From the NCBI RefSeq assembly GCF_964213995.1, contig NC_135830.1:2914001-2978000 (forward strand): a stretch of 64,000 bases of DNA, read 5' to 3'. Both the position numbers and the translations under genes were made by a program. This document shows positions 12,926-24,500 of the stretch, piece by piece. The DNA comes from Mustelus asterias. Its lineage: Eukaryota. The notes beneath the pieces were generated by a model. That model was not told the DNA's origin. It was given only the letters and a program-made list of their open reading frames with translations, and ran no database searches. Each line of letters starts with the position of its first letter. Within the stretch, counting starts at the first letter, position 1.

Positions 12926-13829
12926 TTCACGCAAAAATAAATTTGGCATTTCAGGGCCAGTAAAGATGTTGAGCAGTTAATATTTTGTCATTATTCCTCA
13001 AAAGCATACAGCTTCACCTCTTTCATCAAGATATACATTTTTCACGATATTTGGACGCCACATTAGCACAATTACCGTGTATTTATTTTTCAATTCACAT
13101 TGGTGCTTCGGGCACTATGTACCGAGCACTCTATGGATTGACAACATTTTATATATTTTCACATTTCTTGGTGAAAGCCCAAATGTCTATCCTTGCTGTT
13201 AGTTTCAGTGAAGTGAATGCTGATACTTGCACCGTCACAAACAGGGCAAAATCCTACCCAATTTGTTACATTCCAAGTCGCTTGTTCCCAACTAAAATTT
13301 CTCACTAACCAACAGCACCAATCTTTAACCTGCCCAAAACAAGCGATAACATGACAACTGGATAGCAACAAAGAAATTATTCTTCCACTTTAGCATCGAT
13401 TCCTCCTCTTTTTGACGTGCTGACAGTTAATGTAAGCAAAGATCAGGAGCCAAGATACTGAGTAAACTATTTATTTGAGCGAAGTGAGGAAATGGACAGT
13501 AGCGAGTGCATTCAATGCATCAAAGATTTAAATGTCCACCTCAAATCAATAAAGAAGGTGGCATCTGCTTACTCATTCCCACTTTAAATGAAAACCCACC
13601 GTTGGCCCTGAAAGCACTTCAGTTTCAAATTCCCCTGCTGGTCAATACACGATTGCACACACAGCGATTGTGTTCGCTGATCAACGTATGTTCGCAAGAT
13701 TTGGTTCCATGTAAATAAAAAGGCTGAATTGCAGTGAAATCAGTCCACACCGGGTGCACGGAATGGGCTCCGTGTGCAATGGGTCCTGAACAAATCTCTA
13801 GACAGTTTTGAATTTCATCCAAGTGAATT

Positions 13830-14195
13830 TAGAAATCATAGAAACCCTACAGTGCAGAAACAGGTCATTCGGCCCATCATGTCTGCACCGACCACAATCC
13901 CACCCAGGACCTATCTCCATATCCCTACACATTTACCCGCTAATCCCTCTCAACTATGCATCGCAGGACACTAAGGGGCAATTTTAGCATGGCCAATCAA
14001 CCTAACCCGCACATCTTTGGACTGTGGGAGGAAACCGGAGCACCCGGAGGAAACCCACGCAGACACGAGGAGAACGTGCAAACTCCACACAGACAGTGAC
14101 CCAAGCCGGGAATCGAACCCAGGTCCCTGGAGCTGTGAAGCAGCAGTGCTAACCACTGTACTACCGTGCCGCCCTCCACTGTGCTACCGTGCCGC
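13830..14195 (-). mobile_element. Young full-length V-SINE/HE1-type SINE
   Basis: Near-consensus head (A/B boxes), core and tail. Short duplication of the head end at ~14150-14195. Confidence 0.92.
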
Positions 14196-14944
14196 ACTGA
14201 AACTCACAGAATAACTGTTCAAACAATCCCTGGACACCCGAATACTTTCAGTACAATGTTTATCGTGTTCGAAATTGAAAAGAAATCTAAGCAATATTAT
14301 ATAAGACGGTGGATAATGAAAGATTCTCAATGTATAATGGCGTCCCGATATGTCAGCGACATTTACACCCTACTGGAGAAGAGCAATTTAATCCCCAATG
14401 GGTCATTTAGTAGCTCACAGTTACGTGACCATCGTTAATATAGAAAAACTAATGTCGAGAATCCAATGAGCAAAACATTTGAAGATTATATGTTTGTATT
14501 AGTTTAACAGGCATTGTTTTAGCATTTTGAGTGTTGCTTTTCGAACGATGCGAAATTCGTCGTCAACAATTTATGTAATTAATGCTGTTTGCATGAAAGT
14601 TGCCTTACCCGAGCCTTGCATTAATTCCATGAATTACAATCGCTCTGTATCAATAACATCCGGAACACCTGAGCAATGATAACTTCGCCAATCTAGTTCC
14701 GTTCTAGAAGTTTTAGCTTCGCAATCTGTTCAAATTATCATCTTAAATTGCCGATGCCAGTTAGGTTGCATATTTGAATACAGCGTTGTACAAAGGTAAG
14801 TTACATATCCAAATTCATATACATTTTCTCCCCTAAACAAGACCTAAACAAATATTCTAATTTTAAATATAGTATTTTGCGAGCTGATCTAAGTGACCGG
14901 AACAAACTGATTCGAACATCGCTTTATGCAATTCATTAACAATC

Positions 14945-15445
14945 TTGTGTGGACAACACGTTGTCATTCTTTCTGATTGTATCGTAGCTTGGTATGGTTC
15001 CTGCTCTGCTCAAGACCTCAAGAAATTGCAAAAGGTCGTGAATGTAGCCCAATCCATCACTCAAACCAGCCTCCCATCCATTGACTCTGTTCACACTTTC
15101 CGCTGCCTCGGCAAAGCAGCCAGCACAATTAAGGACCCCACGCACCCTGGACATACTCTCGTCCGCCTTCTTCCGTGAGGAAAAAGATACAGAAATCTGA
15201 GGTCACGTTCCAACCGACTCAAGAACAGTTTCTTCCATGCTGCCATTACAATTTTAAATGAACCTACCTTACATTCAGATTATCTTTGTCTGCACCCGTG
15301 CTATGACTGTAACGCTACATTCTACGCTCTCTCGTTTCCTTGTCTATGAACGGTATGCTTTGTATAGTGCACAAGAAACAAAACTCGTCACTGTATGCTA
15401 ATACATGTGACAATTAAAAATCAAAGCACTCAAATCAAATAAAAC
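14945..15445 (+). mobile_element. 5'-truncated non-LTR retrotransposon (Rex/Babar/L2-like 3' end)
   Basis: ORF ILSDCIVAWYGSCSAQDLKKLQKVV..IKDPTHPGH and CAAAT-type tail. Similar 3' ends at ~23815-24060, ~52960-53130 and ~56350-56490. Confidence 0.8.
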
Positions 15446-15465
15446 GTAACAAAAAACTAAATTAC

Positions 15466-15798
15466 CAGTAATCACCGTCAACATGGTGCCACGTCCGAAG
15501 TGCTCCGGGCCGATAACCCATGACATTGTATATGGTCTGCAGTAATATGTGCCACTGTCATCAACTTTTAGATTCTTGATTTGAAGAGAAAATGCACGTT
15601 TTTCTTTGTTGATTGATTCCTCATAGCGCCCGCTAATCGATATGTCCTCCCGGACTTCTGAGCCAGGTGCTGTCCAAGACCAGTGGGTGCTGAAGAGTGG
15701 ATTGGAATTACCAGTGAAGGCACAGTTGATGGTCAGTGATTCGCCAGTCTCTTTCGTTGCCGTCCTTGGCGTTTGTTGCACTCGTATACAGAAAATAT
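15466..15798 (-). CDS. IgNAR: Pre-joined VNAR V(D)J exon
   Basis: Acceptor CCCCTCAG at 15799-15806. Encodes VNAR FR1 RVQQTPRTATKETGESLTINC, the short FR2/HV2 of VNAR, FSLQIKNLKVDDSGTYYC, CDR3 RPYTMSWVIGPEH and J-type FR4 FGRGTMLTVIT. Phase-1 GTAAT donor at 15465. No RSS inside. Confidence 0.95.
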
Positions 15799-15926
15799 CT
15801 GAGGGGCAAAAAACAAATTCTAACCAATATGTTTTATTAAGAGCAACCCAATTTCAATAATGCAGACAAGGCTGATTTTTTAAAAAACGAAACTAGCATT
15901 AGATCTCTATAATTAACAACACTTAC

Positions 15927-15969
15927 TTGGTAACAAGGCTAAAAAGATTGAACACCAGAAGGTATTCAT
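15927..15969 (-). CDS. IgNAR: IgNAR leader exon (MNTFWCSIFLALLP-N)
   Basis: ATG at 15969, 14 codons + 1 nt, then GTAAGT donor at 15926. Splices in phase 1 to the V exon, giving MNTFWCSIFLALLPNIFC|IRVQQTP, typical of shark NAR leaders. Confidence 0.92.
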
Positions 15970-16061
15970 TGGTTTTGCTTCAACGGATAACACTTTGAGC
16001 AGAGTGAACACCGGACCACAAAACTGCATGTTCTGTGTAACTGTACATCGGAGGACCCACC

Positions 16062-16093
16062 TTATACAGCTTGAAGACTGACCTAATTTGCGT
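16062..16093 (-). promoter_or_regulatory. Candidate IgNAR promoter: octamer-like ACGCAAAT and TATAA
   Basis: Minus strand reads ACGCAAAT (16086-16093, one mismatch to ATGCAAAT), then TATAA (16062-16066), about 95 nt upstream of the leader ATG. Confidence 0.45.
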
Positions 16094-17219
16094 AGGAAGG
16101 ACTGAGGGACCAATCACGGTTTGTGGTCTGCTTATGTTGTGTTTCATGGCAACATTTACTTGTGCGAATCCGCACCAAATTAATCTAATATTGGTGGAAA
16201 AGACAAGCAAGCATCATGCTAACCCTATTGGGTTTCTGTCCATTGGGCTGATTTGATTTGGATATGTTTCCAGTTTATTACTTTCCTGATGTTGTAATCT
16301 TGCAACCGGGCTTGTGTACCAGATTGTCATAGCAGATGGACGAAAAAGCCATAATTCAATAAGAATTGTAGAAGCACTGAAATGCTTTAATTGCGACTTC
16401 GAACCGTAGGTGGAAGCATCCCACGGGATTCTTTTTCGGGGACATCTGTGGAATTCCCTGCCCAGTGAAGCAGTTCAGGCTACCTCGTTGAACGTTTTTG
16501 AAGGCAAAGAGAGGCAGATTTTTGAACAGCAAAGGCATTAAGGTTTATAGTGAGCGGGCGGGTATGTGGAGCTGAGTCTATGAAAAAATCAGCCATGATC
16601 TTTTTGAATGGTGGAGCCGGCTCGAGGGGCCAAATGGCCTACTCCTGCTCCTGGTTCTTATGTTCTTATTTAAAACCTCCTTTCACTGCGAATTAGCAAT
16701 GAATGGAATCTGAGGCTAAAGAGAGTGCGGTCGACATTTGAGCAGCATAAAAAGAGATAAAATGAAATGTTCAGACCACTAATGGGAAATTGATGAAATG
16801 GAGCTATGAGTTCGACACTGTAAACGGAACTCAATATCAGTATGTGCGGTTTGAATGAGTTTGTAAAGTGAAGAGTAGTTGATATGCTAGGAATGGAAGT
16901 GGGTCGGACGCCGAGAGTAAAAAACTGAGTTCATGATACAGGTTCACAAAACATGAAATGTTGGTAATTCTGTAGAAAGGTACACAAGAAATTGCATCAA
17001 AGCTGGTGCAAAACACAAAAGTAAAAGATAATTGTAGCTCTGTAGAACATCTGCTTAAGACTCCAATTCTGTGAGCAGCATTCTACTTCATCCTCCATTG
17101 TCAAAAATATGTCTTCATAGTTTGCACAGCACAGTTTCACCAGGATGTCATCTAACACGAGGAAATGTAATGTTTGAAATAAAATTTGAAAATGTAGTTT
17201 CTGTTTATACAAGCAAATT

Positions 17220-17760
17220 TGATTATACAAAAGTAGAAAATATGTAGGCCATTCAGCCCTTCGAGCCTGCTCATTCATTTTGATCATGGTTGACCGTCAA
17301 ATTCAATATCTTATTCCCGCCTTCCCACCATATCCATTGATGCATTTAGCCCCATGAGCTATATCTAATTTCTTCCTGAAATCAGACAACATGTTCACAT
17401 GAACTACGTTCTGTGGCAGCGGATTCCTCAGATTCACCAATCTCTAGGTGAAGACAGTTCTCCTCACCTTAGTTCCAAAATGTTCGCCAGTATCCTCAAA
17501 CTATGACCCGTAGTTTTGCACTCCCCCAACATTGGAAACATTCTTTCTGAATCTACCCTGTCTAAACTTGTTAGAATGTTATAAGTTTCAATGAGATCCC
17601 ATCTCACTCTTCTAACCTCTAATGGATATAATCCAAAGCGATGTATTAGCTCCTCATATGACAGGCCTGTTATTCCAGGAATCACCTTGGTAAAACGTCA
17701 CAGCACTCCCTCTATAGCAAGGACATCCTTTCTCAGAAAAGGACACCAAAACTGCACAAG
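17220..17760 (-). mobile_element. CR1 LINE 3' fragment
   Basis: IPGITGLSYEE..DLIETY motif and 3' tail. Confidence 0.85.
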
Positions 17761-19149
17761 GCACATATTGGAAACTAGTTTAACATCATCCAGAGTTGTG
17801 GAAGGACAGTTTCAAATGAACAGCTTTTAGTAACTGAGGGATCTGAGAATCAGGATCCATTCACCTCCGATCAAGTGTAGTAAATTTATAACAGATGGCA
17901 ACAGAAATATTGTCACTCGGAGGGTTTTGCGGCCGTGGAAACATTTCCCATATTTAACTTTTCATGTCCTGACCTTTCATAAGAGTTGTTCTACTGGAAA
18001 TTCACAACCTGAAACATTAGCTATATTTCTATCTCCACAGATGCTGTCAGAGCTGCTGAGATTTCCAAAATATTCTGACGCTCATTTATCTATTTGTTCC
18101 AAATTTCAAACAGCTGCGTTATGTTACATATGGAAAAAAAAGAATAGCATAGAACCTCTAATACAGATCCATGTTGAACCACATAATATATATTCCTCCA
18201 GTTCGAGAAAAATAATCTTCAATCTCTAAGTCTATCACTTCGAAGACTCTGTCTCCATGTTGCGCCTTTCCTTTTGATTCGCGACCTTTATTCTGCTAAA
18301 AGAACCCTTCTTTTCCTCTTCAAACATCTTTTCCAAGTCAATGTACACCTCTCTCCGTTATCAGATCAGCATTTTGTTTTTTAAAAATGCACTAACTGGA
18401 ACAATTCGTCTGCTAACATGTTACGTCCTATTTAATCTATCAAGCGGAACTGATCATTTCCATCGACTCTCTATATGGACTGTAGGTTTTCAAAGCAACA
18501 CTTTTCCAGTGAGTGTTGCTGGACACACAACTCTGCAACGTAGCGTAATGGTGCTCATTACAGAAGTTGTCATGAGGGAATCTGATGTCAAAGAAACTCC
18601 CTGTGCGATTTCAAAGGGGAAATTAGATAGATGGTTATTTTAAAGACAGAAAGTTAAACAAGCACAGACTATTTCTTCTACATATCTCTTAAAGTCAGTG
18701 GATCCCACCGGTCCGGAGTCCACTATTATTGTTATCAGCTGGGCAGAGGAATATCATACAGAGTGTTGTTCACATCTCTGAAGGTGCACGCCAGAATTTT
18801 CATGAACGTGAAAGTATATATGGTGGAATTTTGTCACAAGGGATTATTAAATTCATCCAGTTGACACTCGGATGGAAGAAGTCAGATCATGTTTTCTATC
18901 AAGATTTCAGCTGGGGAAATTGCAAAGTATCTGGAAGGTTTTAACCCCTGGGAGCAGAGTAAGGCGTAACTGACAATCTGGTCCTTCAAAACTGTCCCAA
19001 TATTAAATATGATCATGGCTGATATATACCAAGGCAATTTCTCATGTCCCAGTACTGGATTATGATTTTTTTTAAAAATCATAACATGAATGTAATGAAA
19101 AAGGTGATTGTCTGATTCGAATACAAAAGTTTGAACGAGGGCTCAAGTT

Positions 19150-19602
19150 AATCATAGAATAGAATCATAGAATTCCTCGAGTGCAAAATATGGCAATTTG
19201 GCCCATCAAGCCTGCAGTGACAATAATCCCATCCACGTGCTCTCCCCATAACACCACATATTGACCCCACTAATCATAGCATGATAGAATCCCTACAGTG
19301 CATAATGAGGCCATTCGGCCCATCAAGCCTGCACCGACAACAAGCCCAACCAGGTCCTATCACTGCAAGTCCATATATTTGCCCTCCAATCCCCTTAACA
19401 TTAAGGGACAATGTAGCTTGGCCAATCCATCAAACCTGCATATCTTTGGAGTGTGGGAAGAAACCGGAGCACGTGGAGGAAACCCACGCAGACACGGGAA
19501 GATCGTGCAAACTCCAAAAGACTGTCACCGGAGGCCGGAATTGAACCAGGGTCCCTGGCAGTGTGAGACAGCAGTGCTAACCATAGTGCCACCATGCCGC
19601 CC
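19150..19602 (-). mobile_element. V-SINE preceded by a second SINE tail fragment
   Basis: Two CATAGAAT tail segments followed by core and head. Confidence 0.85.
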
Positions 19603-20134
19603 AAAAGCGCCTCAGCCAATCACCAAAGAGGGCACCTGCATTTGAAGCGGGGACGTCTTGACCTGCAGTCAAATGTTCAGCCACTGAGCTCTATCATGAC
19701 ATCAAACTATAATTAAGGCTAACGAGACACAGCTGCAACTGGCCAGAGAGATATCTTGGATTGATGAAAGGTAGAACCTCGATGCATAAAGATAGCCAAT
19801 CGCTGGAATTTTCATCACGTAAGGAAATGGAAGAAACGTATTTAAATGCTGGAAGAAACGGTTGGCTTTCCAAAGAAGGGATGAATCAAAGGCACAGAAT
19901 GATCTCCCTTTTGCTTCCATTTGAAAAAATCTCGCTGACATTAACCATGCAATTACTAACCCCACTGACAGTCACCCTGAGACGCCGTGCCAATTCATGC
20001 GCAGTATCACGAATAGTCACACTGCTCTCTTCACATTTACGCCAATTCTTAATTTCACGAATTCACATTAAAACAAGGGCCAAAACTTTGCACTGCCAAT
20101 TCTGAAAAATCAATGTTAGCAACCCAGTAAGCCG

Positions 20135-20305
20135 AATCATAGAATCCTACAGTGCAGAAGGAAGCCATTCGGCCCATAGAGTCTGCACCAACCACAATCC
20201 CACCCCGGCCCCATCCTCATAACACATGCATTTATCCTAGCTCGTCCGCCTGGCACTAAGGAGCAATTTAGCAGCAGTGCTAATCACTGTGCCACCGTGC
20301 TGCCC
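20135..20305 (-). mobile_element. Internally deleted V-SINE
   Basis: Tail joined directly to head (AATTTAGCAGCAGTGCTAA) with the core missing. Confidence 0.75.
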
Positions 20306-21254
20306 GAAAGCAATCTTTCTGCAGAATTTTTCCAACTTCTCCAACACGTCAATATGCATCCAATTTCCATTGAGGTTCAAATTTCTTGGATACCTACTCC
20401 GACCGATCAGCTTTCATGTGAGAACCAAGCAAAAAAACTAGTACAAGCACATCCAGGATTCTTACATCTCACAGCAATGATGATACTTGTGTCAAGTTAC
20501 ACTGCTCCTTGGCATTCCGCTCCAGGCCACCGATTCGAACCGAACAGCAATGTATGTATTAATTCAAATGGCGAGCCTTTACCAACATGTACAAATATAT
20601 CTTTATTGCTGGCAGTGAGTGCAAAGAATCCTCACAGCTTCTATTTTGAGGTGTGATGAGGTCTTTAAGTTTAAAGATGTGTCATTTACATGTAGGCTTA
20701 CATTAACACTGTAATGAAGTTGCTGTGAACATCCCCTAGTTCTCGGCTCCGGCGTCTGCTCACGAACAAAGAAGGATAATTTAGCATAGTCAATGCACTG
20801 AACCCGCACATCTTTTGGAAAACGGGAGAAAACTGGAACACCCGGAGGAAACCCAAGCAGACACGGGGACTACTTGCAAACTCCCCACGGACAGGGACCC
20901 AATCCGGGAATCAAATGCAGGTCTTGGCGCTGTGAGGCAGCAGTGCCAACCGCTGTGCCACTGCGCCGTGAAGAAAGGCACTACATTAATGTTAGTTACT
21001 TTATATATATATATTTGCGTTTATTTCTAAATCCATGCACACTGATAGGTGATAAATGTATTTTTACAATGTAACACTATTCAAAAATCAGTTTGTAAAT
21101 ACCATGGACGCAGGTTCAGACCGCATGATATTTGATAAATAAATGCTGCCTGGACTTCAGCCAATCAGTGTTGGAGGCGTTCACCGCAACACACGGCTGG
21201 GTTTCGCTCTGCAGTCACTTTTAGCCTAACGTTTCCGTATCAGAGGGGAACTGA

Positions 21255-21510
21255 AAAAGGAACTGAAAGTAAAATGGCAGCGATGCTGGAAACTAAAGTA
21301 ACAAAAAACAACGGAAAATTCCGCATGAGCTGCGGAGGTCCCTGAGCATCTGTGCTGAGGGAAACAGAGTTAACGTTTCGTCCCCGTGACCTTTCCACAG
21401 TAGGGCATGTCGAAGAGAGATGTACCCTCGAAACATTATCTGTTCTTTCCGCGAAATAGATGTAGCCGACCCGCTGAATTTCTGCAGCATTTTCTACTTT
21501 TATTTTAAAA
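21255..21510. repeat. Short palindromic interspersed repeat (possibly Penelope-terminus-derived or MITE-like)
   Basis: GATGCTGGAAA..GCATCTGTG..GAAACAGAGTTAACGTTTCG arm and its inverted counterpart. Related copies at ~395-565, ~17900-18120, ~25880-26000 and ~46845-46990. Confidence 0.65.
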
Positions 21511-24500
21511 TGCACTAACTCAGTAGGTGTGTGCCGTCGCCATTATCTCCAGTTTCCCCTGAATCAATCATAACAACAATTTAACTGCACCATCATGACA
21601 GAATGTTCAATGTAAGGGAAATTTCAGTTTGCTGCTAAGCAGTGTGTTACTAACAGACTGTCAGTTAGTGACCCCTTACTGTGCATTGGCCCCATAGCAG
21701 CATACCAGCTTGTGAGAGACACGGCAAAAATAATTTGATTCTTCTTTAACTTCCTCGATGCGATATGTTTGGTTCACGCACCAAAACTGTTTGATTGTAA
21801 AATGAGTCTGGGAACTTAGCGTGCCAAAGGAACGTGAATCCAGCCAAAGTTAGCTGCTTCTGGAGAAGATGGGGCATATTGTAGAAATATTGGTGTCAAG
21901 GCAAACAGTTTTTATTCATTCCTAATTGCCCTTCAGATATTGCGACCCATCTTTTGGAACAGCTGCAGTACATCTAGTGTAGGGCCGACAGCATTACTTT
22001 TAATAAGGGTCTTTTCAGCATTTTGACAGAGTTCATAGAATTATCGAATCCTACAATGCAGGAGAATGCCATTCGGCCCATCGAGTCTGCACCGGCCGCA
22101 GTCCCAACCAGGTCCTATCCCCTAACCCCATGCATTTATCCTAGCTAGCCCCTCAGACACGAAGGGGCAATTTAGCATGGTCAATCCACTTAACCGGCAC
22201 ATCTTTGGCCTGCACAATTTGCAGTAAGTAAACGGTGATATAGTTCGATGTCACGCGGCCTTGTGGGTTGGAAGTGAACTTGTAGATAGCGGTATTCATA
22301 TGCACTGATGCAGATATTCAGAGTAAACGCAGGGAGGATCTGAACAATGTGGTGAGATTTCCATTTATTGGAAGAGTGAAATTAATTAAGCAGGGAACAG
22401 GTATTTCCTCAACAAGACGTGTTTAACTGTTGCTCAGCAAATTAAAAACATATCCTCACATGAAGAGACACTCACAGTGAGGTCACTTTTGCTTTTCCCT
22501 TCCCAACGAAGTGATGAACAGGAATTTTAGACATGGAAAAAAAGAGAAACTCATTCCCAACAGACACTAGGTTTGAATCTGTCAAGTCCTCTTATTTCTC
22601 ATGGATTGGGCACATTGTGTTACTGTAGCATTTGACCTAAGCTCCAACACCCCAAAACACGGTTGCTTCCAGCCCCACCCTCACTCTAACTACTACAAAA
22701 CAATGCCTGACAGTATGATAGAGACAGGTTCAATATACACGTTCAAACGTGATCTGTAAAAAGAAGAATGGACAGGGTTTCGGGGAAACATTGAGGAAAT
22801 GATACGAGGTAAGTTGCTTACTCGGAGACCAGAGCAGACATGAAGGGTCAAATGGCTTTCTGTGCAGTAACAATTCTGTGATTCTCTGATATTAGCAACG
22901 ATCGAACAGCCATGTGGTTGACTGTCAACTGCCCTCTGAAATGGCCGAGCGAGACATTCAGGATTGACAACAAATGCTGACTCAGACAACGACAGTAACA
23001 TGCCATGAAAGAAAACAAGACAAGTGTCTGCACTTGATTGATAACTAATAAGCTCCGAATACTTACCTTCACTGGATTTCTGTCGTCAAGATCGCAGAAT
23101 TGTCAGTGCACTAAAGGAGGCCATTTGGCCCCTAGCGTCTGTACTATCTTTCCAACCAAGCAGCAAGATCAAAATACACCATCAGCAAGCTGTGAACATG
23201 AATACCGTAGGGATAACTCCAGATCCTCTTGGTGCTGATCAGCGAGTGATGGTAACAAACTGATGAAAGTGAATCAAAGGAACAAATTAAGAGGCTGAAA
23301 TAGCCAACCACATTGATGAGAATGTAGAACAGCATCTGTCTGGTCCATCTATCCAACCATCCATCATTATGTTCTTTGATTGTTCCATTGATTGGGTCTT
23401 TTATGTATACACTCTGACAACCAAATATCATTCATTCCTTCTCCACTGCATTCCTCCATGGTTTCACGCTGAATTGCGTAGCTATCTTTTCAAAATGTAT
23501 TCTCTGCTTGAGAGCGAAATGGCAGTCTATCCACCCGGCCATCCAAGTAGCGGGTACCAAAAATGACTAATAGAATGCAGCACCTTTTTTTGCACCTGGA
23601 TTAGTTTGATATCCGACAACTGCAATGTCCTTAACAAAACTCAGTTTGTAACATAACTAACTCAGGCCACCTGTTCTAATAAATATCACGTGTACCTCCT
23701 GCGAAACAGCACACTTTGAACTTGCGGAACAATATTTTGCAATAGGTTGTAATTTGTAGCAATGGAGAATAGTTCAGGTCACTTCTGTAGATTGTCAGAG
23801 GTCTTTTGATTTGATTGGATTTATTTCATTTGATTTATTATTGTCACATGTATTGGCATACACTGAGAAGTATTGTTTCTTTCACGCTCCACAGACAAAA
23901 CATACCGTTCATAGAGTGCATAGAAGAAAACGAAAGGATAGGATGTAGAATGTAGTGTTGCATTTATAAATTGGGTGAAGAGAAATATCAGCTTAGTATA
24001 TGATCGGACTACTCAAATGTCTGATAGTAGCAGGGAAGAATTTGTTCTTGAGTTAATTGGAACGTGGAAATGAATAAAGGAGGATATCACCTTTCACTTC
24101 CTTCGAATGTCCCAAGGCATTTTAGAAGCGATCACATTATTTTCTTGGAAAAAGTGAACAAATATGAATTCTTAGATTGCATCCCAGTCACAAATAATTG
24201 TGTATTAGGGATGAAAGGGACAGGGTAGGGCAATGAAAGATTAAGACAAACAAGATTACACATTAAAAATTAAACAGCATCGAATCAAAGTAGGAAATTA
24301 AACGATAGGAAGGTACCGCGGAGACTGAGAAGTTTCTCACATGGCCGCCGATGACAGCAAACGGAGAGAGAACACATGGATGCGATGTAATTGTAAATGA
24401 ATTCCAACCTGCAATGCTGGGTCTGTGTCTATGCACATAACCTGGCGGATCAGCTGAGCTTATCCACATTGCTGGGAGTAGGTTAAACTGGGCACGGGAT

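Noticed and set aside
15466-15798. Identification as UrIg or NAR-TCR
   Set aside because: Leader and framework are clearly VNAR. It is followed by IgNAR/IgW-type C exons with a secretory tail, not by a supporting TCR V or TCR C.
15466-15969. Processed retrocopy of a rearranged mRNA
   Set aside because: The leader intron and all C introns are present.
22473-22479. CACAGTG as an RSS heptamer
   Set aside because: No nonamer at 12/23 spacing. Many other CACAGTG/CACTGTG hits lie in SINE heads.
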